Assembly: GCA_005879535.1 (NCBI GenBank)
Contig: VBKI01000093.1
Coordinates: 16,981-80,980 of the forward strand
DNA length: 64,000 nt
Direction of reading: 5' to 3'
Source of the DNA: Deltaproteobacteria bacterium
GTDB taxonomy: Bacteria; Myxococcota; Myxococcia; Myxococcales; 40CM-4-68-19
Shown here: positions 36,609 to 45,872 of the stretch, one piece after another
Layout: every line of letters starts with the position of its first letter
Numbering within the stretch: the first letter of the stretch is position 1
The notes under the pieces: generated by a model
What the model was told of the DNA's origin: nothing
Seen by the model: the letters and a program-made list of their open reading frames with translations, nothing else
Database searches by the model: none
Position numbers and translations under genes: made by a program

Positions 36609-37691
36609 TTGGCGGAGATCGGCGAAATCCAGGTCTCCGCTTACGACGTTCCGACGGAGAGCCAGCCGGAGTCGGATGGCACCGCCATCTGGAGCAAGAC
36701 CACGCTGGTCGTGGTGGAGGTTCAAGCGGGAGCCTGGCGCGGGCTCGGATACACGTACGCGGATGCCGGCGCGGCGCGCCTCCTCCGCGACGTGGTCGCC
36801 CCGGCGGTGCGCGGGCTCCATCCGTTCGATACGCGCCGAATCTACGAGGCAGCGTGCGCGTCCGTCCGCAACCACGGCCGCTCCGGCGCCGGAGCGATGG
36901 CGATCTCGGCACTGGATGTCGCCGCCTGGGACCTCAAGGCGAAGATGCTCGGCGTTCCGGTCGCGAAGCTGCTCGGGACGGTGCGCTCCGAGGTTCCGGC
37001 CTACGGCAGCGGAGGGTTCACCTCGTATCCGGAATCCCGGCTCGCTGACCAGCTCTCGCGATGGGCCGACGAAGGGTTCCGCTTCGTGAAGATGAAGGTG
37101 GGCCGCGAGCCGGATCGCGACCTGCAGCGCGTGCGGACGGCGCGCAAGGCGATTGGGCGGGGACGCGGGCTGTTCGTCGACGCAAACGGCGCGTACTCGC
37201 GCAAACAGGCGCTCCGGTTTGCGCGCGACTTCGCCGAAGAGGGCGTGAGCTGGTTCGAGGAGCCCGTGGTGAAGACCGATCTCCAGGGGCTGCGGCTCGT
37301 CCGTGACGCGGCACCGATGGAGGTCACGGGCGGGGAGTACGCATGGGAGCCGCACGACTTCCGCGAGCTGCTGCCCGTGCTCGACGTGGTCCAGGCGGAC
37401 GTGACCCGCTGCGGTGGGTTCACCGGATTTCTCGACGCGCACGCGCTGGTGCGCGCCCATGAATTGCCGATGTCCACGCATTGCGCACCGGCGCTGCACG
37501 TGGCTCTTGGATGCGCGCTTCCGGGCGTGCGGCACCTCGAATGGTTCTTCGACCACCAGAGAATCGAGCGGATGCTCTTCGACGGCGCGCCGACCCCGGT
37601 TCACGGCTTGCTGCGGCCGGATCTCTCGCGTCCGGGGCTGGGACTCGTGTTCAAGGTTCAGGACGCCGCGCAGTTCGGTGTGCAGCTTTAG
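36609..37691 (+). CDS. enolase-superfamily enzyme (mandelate racemase/muconate lactonizing family)
   Basis: FVKMKVG, DANGAY and EEP metal-ligand-type motifs, and a C-terminal TIM-barrel. TTG start 3 nt after the previous stop. Confidence 0.85.
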   Translation: MAEIGEIQVSAYDVPTESQPESDGTAIWSKTTLVVVEVQAGAWRGLGYTYADAGAARLLRDVVAPAVRGLHPFDTRRIYEAACASVRNHGRSGAGAMAISALDVAAWDLKAKMLGVPVAKLLGTVRSEVPAYGSGGFTSYPESRLADQLSRWADEGFRFVKMKVGREPDRDLQRVRTARKAIGRGRGLFVDANGAYSRKQALRFARDFAEEGVSWFEEPVVKTDLQGLRLVRDAAPMEVTGGEYAWEPHDFRELLPVLDVVQADVTRCGGFTGFLDAHALVRAHELPMSTHCAPALHVALGCALPGVRHLEWFFDHQRIERMLFDGAPTPVHGLLRPDLSRPGLGLVFKVQDAAQFGVQL

Positions 37692-37708
37692 TTTGGGGTC
37701 AAACGAAG

Positions 37709-40700
37709 ATGCCCAGCCTTCAGACCTTGGTCCGTCTACGACCGCGCTCCCTGGAGTCGCGAGCCGAGGTGGACGTCCGCGCCCTGGAACGCAAGCTGCG
37801 ACAGCGCACGTCCGGTGAAGTGCGATTCGACGCCGGAAGCCGCGCGCTGTATGCCACCGACGCTTCGAACTACCGGCAGGTGCCCATCGGCGTCGTGCTG
37901 CCGCGCACGGCGCGGGACGTGATCGAGGCCGTGGCGTGCGCCCGCGATGCCGGGGCGCCGATCGTGGCGCGCGGCGGCGGCACTTCGCTCGCCGGCCAGT
38001 GCTGCAACGTCGCGCTGGTGATCGATACTTCGAAGTACCTGGACCGCATCCTCTGGCTCGACCCCTCGCGACGCCGGGCCCGCGTGCAGCCCGGCGTGAT
38101 CCTCGATCGCCTGCGGGAACGCGCCGAGGCGCACCACCTGACCTTCGCTCCCGATCCGGCCACGCACAATCACTGCACCCTTGGAGGGATGATCGGGAAC
38201 AACTCTTGCGGCGTGCACTCGGTGATGGGCGGCGTGACCAGCGACAACGTCGTGGAGCTGGACGTGCTTCTCTACGACGGCACGCGCCTGACCGTCGGAC
38301 CGACCACTCCGGACGAGCTCGAGCAGATCTGCGCCGGCGACGGCAGGCGCGGAGAGATCTACCGGCAGCTCCGCGCGCTGCGCGACCGCCACTCTGCGAG
38401 CATTCGCAGCCGCTTCCCGATGATCCCGAGGCGCGTCTCCGGCTACGACCTGCCGCAGCTTCTGCCCGAGCGCGGGTTCAACGTTGCCCGTGCCCTGGTC
38501 GGGACCGAAGGGACCTGCGCCCTGGTGCTCGCGGCGACGGTGCGGCTCGTCCATAGTCCGCCGTGCCGATCGCTGCTGGTGCTCGGGTACGAGGACGTTT
38601 ATCACGCCGCCGATCACATCCCGGAGGTGATGGAGGCGGAGCCGATCGGGTGTGAGGGCATCGACGAGCTGCTCGTGCAGCAGATGAAGTGGAAGGGCAT
38701 CCACCCCGATGACGTGAAGCTGCTGCCCGAAGGACGGGGCTGGCTGATGGTCGAGTTCGGCGGCGAGACCCGGGAAGAGGCGGACGCGAAGGCGCGCAAG
38801 CTGATGGACCGGCTCCGCGGCGGCCCCTCGATGAAGCTGTTCGATACCAAGTCGGAGGAGAAGCACCTCTGGAGGGTGCGGGAGGCGGGGCTCGGGGCGA
38901 CGGCGCGGAAGGAGAACGGAAAGGAGAACTGGGAGGGATGGGAGGATTCATCGGTCCCACCGGCACGTCTGGGGGAGTACCTGCGCAGACTGCGCAAGCT
39001 GTTCGACGATTACGGATACGATGGCGCTCTCTACGGCCACTTCGGACAGGGTTGCGTCCACACCCGCATCGACTTCGATCTCAGGACCGCGGACGGAATC
39101 GCGAAGTATCGCCGCTTCATTTCGGATGCCGTCGACCTGGTGGTTGCGCATGGAGGATCGATCTCCGGCGAGCACGGCGACGGCCAAAGCAAGGCGGAGT
39201 TCCTTCCCAGGATGTACGGCCCCGAACTGGTGGATGCATTCGAGGAGTTCAAGCGCATCTGGGACCCGGACTGGAAGCTGAATCCGGGCAAGGTGGTGCG
39301 TCCCAACCGGATCGACGACGATCTCCGGATCGGCGCGCACTACCGCCCTCCGACGCCGCGCACGCACTTTCACTACCAGGAGGATGACTACAGCTTCGCG
39401 AAGGCGAGCGCCCGGTGCGTAGGAATCGGCGAGTGCCGCAAGACCGACGCGGGCACCATGTGCCCGAGCTACATGGTAACGATGGAGGAGATGCACTCGA
39501 CGCGGGGGAGGGCGCATCTCTTGTTCGAGATGCTCCAAGGGAACCCGCTGCGCGGAGGCTGGCGGGATCCGGCGGTGAAAGAGGCGCTGGATCTCTGCCT
39601 GGCGTGCAAGGGCTGCAAAGGCGAGTGCCCCGTCAACGTGGACATCGCGACGTACAAGGCGGAGTTCCTTGCGCACTACTATGCTGGCCGCCTGCGCCCC
39701 CGCAGCGCGTATGCGATGGGGCTGATCCATTGGTGGTCGCGCATCGCCTCCCGCGTGCCCTCGGTGGCCAACGCGATCTCGCGCACTCCCGTCTTCAAGT
39801 GGGCCGGCGGCGTCGCGCTGTCGCGCGAGGTTCCGAAGTTCGCACCGCAGACGTTCCGTTCGTGGTTCGAAGCGCGGCCCCGTGTCGGCGGCGCGGGCGA
39901 GCGCGTCCTGCTTTGGGCAGACACCTTCAACAACTTCTTCCATCCGGAAGTGGCGCAGGCCGCGGTCGAGGTGCTCGAGGACGCGGGCTTCCAGGTCCTC
40001 ATCCAGGCGGAGCGACTCTGCTGCGGCAGGCCACTCTACGATTACGGAATGCTCGATCTGGCGAAGCGCAAGCTGCGCCAGATCCTCGACGACCTGCACG
40101 ACGAGATCGAGCGCGGGACGCCGGTGGTCGGCCTGGAGCCGAGCTGCGTCTCGGTGCTCCGCGACGAGCTCCTCGGCCTCTTCCCGCACGACACCGACGC
40201 GCAGCGGCTCGCACAGCAGACGCACACGCTCGCGGGTTTCTTGCGGGCGCGGGCGCCGCACTGGCGGCCTCCGCCGCTGCGCCAGCGCGCGCTCGTCCAC
40301 GGACATTGCCACCACAAGGCCGTGCTCCGCTGGGAGAAGGAGCAGGAGCTGATCCGGGCGGTGCTGCCGGATTGCGAGGTGGTCGACTCCGGGTGCTGCG
40401 GGATGGCGGGCTCGTTCGGTTACGAAGCGGACAAGTACGACGTGTCGATGCGCATCGGCGAGCGCCGTCTGCTTCCCAGGGTCCGCGAGGTGGACGACGA
40501 GACGCTGATCGTCTCCGACGGCTTCAGCTGCCACGGCCAGATCTCGACGACCGGCAAGCGGCCGCTACACATCGCGCAGGCGCTGCAGATGGCGGTCCGG
40601 CAGCGGAAACGCGAGCCCCGCGCATCGCGGATCGCCACGCGACGGGTACGCAGGAGGCGCGTCCTGCTGCGGCTCGCGCTCTTCGGAGCCGCCGCCTTCG

Positions 40701-40738
40701 CGGTGGCTGCTGTACGCATGCGCCGACGCGCGGGTTGA
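37709..40738 (+). CDS. FAD-binding oxidoreductase fused to an Fe-S/CCG-domain module (GlcD-GlcF-like), C-terminal TM tail
   Basis: FAD_binding_4 motif (VARGGGTSLAGQ). 4Fe-4S motifs (CVGIGECRK, CLACKGCKGECP). Two CCG-type cysteine-rich regions. The start is an internal ATG of the 1085-aa track ORF. Confidence 0.9.
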   Translation: MPSLQTLVRLRPRSLESRAEVDVRALERKLRQRTSGEVRFDAGSRALYATDASNYRQVPIGVVLPRTARDVIEAVACARDAGAPIVARGGGTSLAGQCCNVALVIDTSKYLDRILWLDPSRRRARVQPGVILDRLRERAEAHHLTFAPDPATHNHCTLGGMIGNNSCGVHSVMGGVTSDNVVELDVLLYDGTRLTVGPTTPDELEQICAGDGRRGEIYRQLRALRDRHSASIRSRFPMIPRRVSGYDLPQLLPERGFNVARALVGTEGTCALVLAATVRLVHSPPCRSLLVLGYEDVYHAADHIPEVMEAEPIGCEGIDELLVQQMKWKGIHPDDVKLLPEGRGWLMVEFGGETREEADAKARKLMDRLRGGPSMKLFDTKSEEKHLWRVREAGLGATARKENGKENWEGWEDSSVPPARLGEYLRRLRKLFDDYGYDGALYGHFGQGCVHTRIDFDLRTADGIAKYRRFISDAVDLVVAHGGSISGEHGDGQSKAEFLPRMYGPELVDAFEEFKRIWDPDWKLNPGKVVRPNRIDDDLRIGAHYRPPTPRTHFHYQEDDYSFAKASARCVGIGECRKTDAGTMCPSYMVTMEEMHSTRGRAHLLFEMLQGNPLRGGWRDPAVKEALDLCLACKGCKGECPVNVDIATYKAEFLAHYYAGRLRPRSAYAMGLIHWWSRIASRVPSVANAISRTPVFKWAGGVALSREVPKFAPQTFRSWFEARPRVGGAGERVLLWADTFNNFFHPEVAQAAVEVLEDAGFQVLIQAERLCCGRPLYDYGMLDLAKRKLRQILDDLHDEIERGTPVVGLEPSCVSVLRDELLGLFPHDTDAQRLAQQTHTLAGFLRARAPHWRPPPLRQRALVHGHCHHKAVLRWEKEQELIRAVLPDCEVVDSGCCGMAGSFGYEADKYDVSMRIGERRLLPRVREVDDETLIVSDGFSCHGQISTTGKRPLHIAQALQMAVRQRKREPRASRIATRRVRRRRVLLRLALFGAAAFAVAAVRMRRRAG

Positions 40739-40758
40739 TCCAGGTACGATCCGGAGGG

Positions 40759-41823
40759 ATGCTGGGTTCGTTCATGCTCCCCGGGCGAGCGACAGCCGAA
40801 GGCACGGCGCGGTTCCGCGAGGACGCGGATTCGGCGTCAGGGCACTTCCGCGAAGCGGAAGGGCTGTCGGTGTCGTCGCTGGGTATCGGCACGTATCTGG
40901 GCCGCGACGACGCGAAGACCGACGCGCTCTACGCCGCCTCCGTCCGCCGCTCGATCCAGCTCGGCCTCAATGTCGTCGACACGGCGATCAACTATCGCAA
41001 CCAGCGCAGCGAGCGCGCAGTCGGGGCGGCCCTGCGCGAGAGTGGGCAGCAGCGCGACGGGGTCGTGCTCTGCACCAAGGGCGGCTACCTCGCCTTCGAC
41101 GGCGGGCGCCCGCACGATGCGCGTGCGTACGTCGAGGAGACGTTCCTCCGCAGCGGCATTCTGGAGGCTGACGACATCGTCGCCGGCTGCCACTCGCTGG
41201 CGCCACGTTTTCTCCAGGACCAGATCGACCGCAGCCGCCGCAACCTCGGTGTCGAATGCATCGACGTCTACTACCTGCACAATCCCGAGACGCAGCTCGG
41301 CGAAGTGCCTCGCCCCGAATTCCTGCGCCGGCTCCGCGTTGCATTCCAGGCGCTGGAGCGCGCGTGTGCCGACGGGCGCATCGGCTGGTACGGGACCGCG
41401 ACCTGGAATGGCTACCGGGTCGAATCCGACGACGAGGAGCACCTCTCGCTCGCGGAAGTCCTCGCCGCCGCCCGCGACGTCGCCGGCGATCGGCACCGCT
41501 TCCGCGCCGTCCAGCTACCGTTCAACGTCGAAATGGACGAGGCCGCCACCTTGCGCAACCAGGACGGCTCGACCTTCCTCGAGGCCGCGCAGGCATCGCG
41601 GCTGATGGTGTTCGCTTCCGCGAGCGTGCTGCAAGGGCGGCTCACGCACGAGCTTCCCCAGGCGGTCCGCGATGCGCTGGCGGGCGTGGAAACGGACGCG
41701 CAGCGGGCCCTGCAGTTCGCCCGCAGCACGAAGGGGATCACCTGCGCGCTGGTCGGGATGAAAACGCCGGCTCATGTGGACGAGAACGCGGCGCTGGCAG
41801 GCGTCGAGCCGCTTTCGCTGTAG
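40759..41823 (+). CDS. aldo/keto reductase
   Basis: AKR-family similarity (VDTAINYRNQRSERAVG, DVYYLHNP). Only the last 354 aa of the 802-aa track ORF look real. Confidence 0.85.
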   Translation: MLGSFMLPGRATAEGTARFREDADSASGHFREAEGLSVSSLGIGTYLGRDDAKTDALYAASVRRSIQLGLNVVDTAINYRNQRSERAVGAALRESGQQRDGVVLCTKGGYLAFDGGRPHDARAYVEETFLRSGILEADDIVAGCHSLAPRFLQDQIDRSRRNLGVECIDVYYLHNPETQLGEVPRPEFLRRLRVAFQALERACADGRIGWYGTATWNGYRVESDDEEHLSLAEVLAAARDVAGDRHRFRAVQLPFNVEMDEAATLRNQDGSTFLEAAQASRLMVFASASVLQGRLTHELPQAVRDALAGVETDAQRALQFARSTKGITCALVGMKTPAHVDENAALAGVEPLSL

Positions 41824-42028
41824 GAGGTGGAATGCTGGGGAGCCGCACGTCCGAAGAGTGAGCTTCGACCCGAGCCGGAATAGACGGCGTCTTCACGGTG
41901 AACATGCGCGCACGGCGCAGGAGCGAGAGCGTGCCCGTCACTGGAGCAAGCAGCCATCCCGCGAGCGCCCCGACCTTTCTCCGACGTCCACGCTTTCAAA
42001 CTGCTGCGTGGACGTTCAGCGAGCACAC

Positions 42029-42226
42029 TCAGTTGGGCATCGCGCGGAGGGGCGTGACCCGTCCCTGGGACAAGGCGGAATGCACCGGGCGCTCCTGCTT
42101 CACCACCGGCGGCCTGCGCGGTGCGGTCGCGGCATTGAACGACGCGAAGTCGGCCATCGCCATCGCCGCCATCACCACCCAGAGAATCGCGAGCGCGATC
42201 GGGAACCAGCTCTTCAACAGCCGCAT
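42029..42226 (-). CDS. small hypothetical membrane protein (65 aa)
   Basis: ATG at 42226 with AAGGAG 5 nt upstream. One TM helix (WFPIALAILWVVMAAMAMA). It forms the tail of an artefactual 428-aa track ORF. Confidence 0.3.
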   Translation of the reverse strand: MRLLKSWFPIALAILWVVMAAMAMADFASFNAATAPRRPPVVKQERPVHSALSQGRVTPLRAMPN

Positions 42227-42294
42227 GGCATCTCCTTCTGCGTGCCCTTCGTGAGGTCCTACGCAGCAGGAGTGTCCGCATTTCAGGCGTGGTT

Positions 42295-42981
42295 TCAGGC
42301 CGAAAGGGGGATCATTTCGCGCAACAGTGCGAGGGCGGCGGGGAACATCCGCTCCGCCCACACATCGTAGCCGAGGGCGCTGGGGTGGAAACCGTCCGGC
42401 GAGAAGAGCTCCGGGTGCCCGGGGAGGGCGTGGCGGCTCCAGTCGTACAGATCGACCAGCGACAATTTGTGCCGCGCCGCCGTGGCCGTGACGTGCTCGT
42501 TGAACAGCTCGATGCGGCGCTCGTAGAACGAACGCTCCACCATCCGCGCCACCGCAGGCGAAAGCGCAAGATCCGGCATGTTCGCGATGACGATGGGGGC
42601 GGCAAGCTTCCGCAACGGCACTACAATCTCTTCCAGGTTCACCGCGAAGGCATCGTCGGGACGCTGCAGGCCTACATCGTTGATCCCGATCCCGATGGTC
42701 ACCAGGCGGGGCCGGGTACGCAGCGCGCGCGGCAGTTGGATCTCGATCACGTCGGAGGTCGTGGCGCCGCTGCCGCCGAGGTTGACGAGCTTCAGCGTCG
42801 GAAACGCTCCGCGGAGCTTCGCCGCGAGTCGTTCCGGATAGCCGCCGCCGCTCGGCGCGCCGATCCCGACCGCCGTGGAGTCGCCGAGCGCCAGATAGAG
42901 GAGTTCCGCCGGCACTGCGACAATGTAGGCATCGCGCAGTCTTGCCGGGCGGGTGCGACCGCCGCCTACCCTGGCCAACAA
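42295..42981 (-). CDS. SGNH/GDSL hydrolase family protein
   Basis: Block I LYLALGDSTAVG, block II NLGGSGATT, block III GINDV, block V DGFHPS. The start is uncertain (TTG 42981 or GTG 42915). Confidence 0.8.
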   Translation of the reverse strand: MLARVGGGRTRPARLRDAYIVAVPAELLYLALGDSTAVGIGAPSGGGYPERLAAKLRGAFPTLKLVNLGGSGATTSDVIEIQLPRALRTRPRLVTIGIGINDVGLQRPDDAFAVNLEEIVVPLRKLAAPIVIANMPDLALSPAVARMVERSFYERRIELFNEHVTATAARHKLSLVDLYDWSRHALPGHPELFSPDGFHPSALGYDVWAERMFPAALALLREMIPLSA

Positions 42982-43022
42982 ACAGGCGAATTTGCACCCC
43001 GATGCTAAGCTGGCAGGCGTCG

Positions 43023-45872
43023 ATGATCTCAGGGAAGGACCTCCTCAACCAGTTCAAGGCTGCGTCGTGGAGGGCCCCCGACGAGGTGGAGCGATTCGTC
43101 GCGGAAGCGGAAGCGCCGCAGACCGCGGAGCTCCTGAAACTGCTGGACATCGTCACGGGAAAAGCGCCGGACGCGAGCGTGCAGCGCGCGCGGCTGACGG
43201 TGTTCGCGCGCTTGATCGACAAGAACCCGGACAAGGCGCTCTGCGCGCCGTTCGTGAAGGCGCTGAAGTCGGCGGAGCCGGCGCTGCGAACCACGCTCGC
43301 CGCGCTGCTGCCCAAGGTGAACAGCGCGACCGAGCACGCGGTGCTGGTCGACTACCTGCGCTCGTCCGATAGCGGGCTGCGCGCCACCGTCGCGCGTACC
43401 CTGCAGCAGCTCGGCGGCAGCCGCGCGCTGTTCGATCTGCTCGGCCGCGCGGTGGCCGAGGCGGGTTTCGCAGGCCGCATCGAAGCGATGGACGTCCTGG
43501 TAGGCTTCGCCAAGCAACAGGCGATCCCCGCCCTGCAAGCGGCGCTCATCTCCGGCTCGGCGGCGGAAAAGGTACACGCGCTCAAGCACCTCGGCAACGC
43601 CGCGGTGATGGGCAAGGACCCTGCCGCTGCCCTCAAGGCCATCGCGCCGCTGCTCGACGCGCAGAAGGAGCAGGAGGCGGTCGTCGTCCAGGCCGTCCTC
43701 GCCTTCTCGGCCCTCGCCACTGAGGATGACTGGTTCGAGTACGTGGGCATCTTCCTCGACTCCGACACGGTGGGAATGGTCAAGGCGGCGGTCGACGGAC
43801 TGCGCCGCTTCAGCTCCGCCCGCGTGATGGCCGCGCTGGAGCGGAAGATGCGCGCCGGCCCGCGCGTCATCCGCCTCGCGGTGCTCGGAGCGCTGGAGGC
43901 CATCGGCACCGACGCCGTGCTGCCGCCGCTGGTCGACGCCCTCGCCCACAACCAGATCCCGGTGCGAAACCGCGCCGCCGAAGTTCTCAAGCAGCTCTCG
44001 ATGGAGGGCAAGCTCGACGTCTCGCGGACGGTGATCTGGCTGCTGCGCAGCCGCGACGTCAACGTACGCCGGATGGCGACGGAGATCATCCGCACAGTCG
44101 CCGATCCCGATCAACAGCTCTGGCCAAAGCTGATGGGCGTGCTGCGGGACGAGGACTGGTGGGTGCGCGAGCGCGTCATGGACGCGCTGATCGAACTCGG
44201 CGGCGTTCGCCTCACGGCCCACGTCGTGTCCCTGCTCACGGATGCCAGCGACGTGATCCGGCGCTTCGCGGTCAGCGTGCTCGGCCGGATCAAGGATCCC
44301 AAGGCTTTGCGCTCGCTGGTGCAGATGGCCACCGAGGATACCGATTGGTGGGTGAAGGAGACCGCCATCGAGTCGGTGGCTGCGATCAACGACGCGCGCA
44401 CGGTCCCGCACCTCCTGCACATCATGGCTGCAGATGCCGACGTGCAGCCGGTGTGCATCCAGGCGCTGATCGACATGGGCGTGAAGACAGCAAGCCCGCA
44501 GGTTGCGTCCCTCTGCGCATCGGAAAGCGCGGACGTGCGGTACCTGGTGGTGAAGTATCTCGACAAGTTCGATGCCAGCGATCAGTCGGGGGCGGTGGCG
44601 AAACTGAACGACGATCCGCATCCCAAAGTGCGCTCAGCGGCGCGCGATCTGATCACCCGCTGGCGGATCACTGCCCAAGGGAAGCCAGCGCACGCGGTCC
44701 CGCTGCTCGACCGGCTCCTCCTTCAGCTCGCACAGGCCGAGGGCGACGACCTGATCATCGCTTCCGGCAAGCCCGTGTTCATGAAGAAGGTCGGACGCGT
44801 CAACGCCGTGAACGCGACGCCGCTGGAAGAAGAGCAGGTCAAGGCGCTGCTTTTGCCGCATCTCTCCACCGACCAGCTGATGGCGCTGCAGGCGATGCAG
44901 GACGTCGACTACTCGCACGAGGTGAAGAGCGAGGGGCTACGGTTTCGCGCCAACATCTTCTACCAGCTGGGAGGCCTCTCCGGCGTCTTCCGGCGCATCC
45001 GCGGGACGCTGCCGCAGTTCGAGAAGCTCGGCCTGCCGCCGCTGGTCCGTACCTTCGGCGACCTCAAGAACGGGCTGGTGTTGGTGGGCGGGCCGACGGG
45101 CTCGGGCAAGTCGACCACGCTCGCCGCGCTGATCGATTACATCAACCGGACCGCGTCGCGGCACATCATCGCGCTCGAGGATCCCATCGAGGTGATCCAC
45201 AAGCGCAAGGAGAGTCTCGTCAACCAGCGCGAGGTCGGCAGTCATACCCGCACCTTCGCCGCCGCCCTGCGATCGACGCTGCGCGAGGACCCGAACGTCA
45301 TCCTGGTCGGCGAGATGCGCGACCTGCCGACCATCGAGTTCACCGTGGTCGCGGCGGAAACGGGCCACCTGGTGTTCGGGACCGTGCACACGGTTTCCGC
45401 CGCCACCACCGTCGACCGCATCGTCAGCGCGTTTCCCCCGGGACAACAGCAGCAGGTGCGCTCGACGCTCGCCGACTCCCTGCGCGCCGTGGTCTGCCAG
45501 TATCTCATGAAGGAGAAAACCGGCCCGGGTCGCGTGCTCGCCGTGGAGCTGCTGGTGAACAACGAAGCCGTCTCCAACCTGATCCGGAAAGGAAAGGCCT
45601 TCCAGCTTCCCTCGGTGATCTCCACCTCTCGCGAGCAGGGCATGCAGCTGATGGATTCCGACCTGATGCGTTTGGTGAAGGAGAACCGGATCAGCGCCGC
45701 CGACGCGTACGTGAAGGCGCTGAGCAAGAAGGATTTCGAGCCGCTGCTGGATGCGGAGGAAAAGCTCGCGCAGCAGAAGCGCATTCCGATTTTCAAGCCG
45801 TCGGCAGCCATCCCCACGCGGCCGCAACCGATCGCCGCAGTCCGTACGGCACCGGCAACGAGGAAGGAATAG
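43023..45872 (+). CDS. HEAT-repeat domain fused to a PilT-family hexameric secretion ATPase
   Basis: The N-terminal ~555 aa hold multiple HEAT_2/PBS-type repeats (e.g. LRDEDWWVRERVMDALIELGG, ATEDTDWWVKETAIESVAAIND, LNDDPHPKVRSAARDL). The C-terminal ~390 aa form a complete PilT core: Walker A GGPTGSGKSTT, Asp box ALEDPIE, Walker B ILVGEMRD, His box GHLVFGTVHT, and AVSNLIRKGK. An alternative ATG lies at 43002. Confidence 0.85.
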   Translation: MISGKDLLNQFKAASWRAPDEVERFVAEAEAPQTAELLKLLDIVTGKAPDASVQRARLTVFARLIDKNPDKALCAPFVKALKSAEPALRTTLAALLPKVNSATEHAVLVDYLRSSDSGLRATVARTLQQLGGSRALFDLLGRAVAEAGFAGRIEAMDVLVGFAKQQAIPALQAALISGSAAEKVHALKHLGNAAVMGKDPAAALKAIAPLLDAQKEQEAVVVQAVLAFSALATEDDWFEYVGIFLDSDTVGMVKAAVDGLRRFSSARVMAALERKMRAGPRVIRLAVLGALEAIGTDAVLPPLVDALAHNQIPVRNRAAEVLKQLSMEGKLDVSRTVIWLLRSRDVNVRRMATEIIRTVADPDQQLWPKLMGVLRDEDWWVRERVMDALIELGGVRLTAHVVSLLTDASDVIRRFAVSVLGRIKDPKALRSLVQMATEDTDWWVKETAIESVAAINDARTVPHLLHIMAADADVQPVCIQALIDMGVKTASPQVASLCASESADVRYLVVKYLDKFDASDQSGAVAKLNDDPHPKVRSAARDLITRWRITAQGKPAHAVPLLDRLLLQLAQAEGDDLIIASGKPVFMKKVGRVNAVNATPLEEEQVKALLLPHLSTDQLMALQAMQDVDYSHEVKSEGLRFRANIFYQLGGLSGVFRRIRGTLPQFEKLGLPPLVRTFGDLKNGLVLVGGPTGSGKSTTLAALIDYINRTASRHIIALEDPIEVIHKRKESLVNQREVGSHTRTFAAALRSTLREDPNVILVGEMRDLPTIEFTVVAAETGHLVFGTVHTVSAATTVDRIVSAFPPGQQQQVRSTLADSLRAVVCQYLMKEKTGPGRVLAVELLVNNEAVSNLIRKGKAFQLPSVISTSREQGMQLMDSDLMRLVKENRISAADAYVKALSKKDFEPLLDAEEKLAQQKRIPIFKPSAAIPTRPQPIAAVRTAPATRKE

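Noticed and set aside
42982-43022. Possible sigma-54 -12 element (TTTGCA) upstream of the HEAT-PilT gene
   Set aside because: The nearest upstream GG is 9 nt rather than 12 nt from the GC, so the -24/-12 spacing does not fit.
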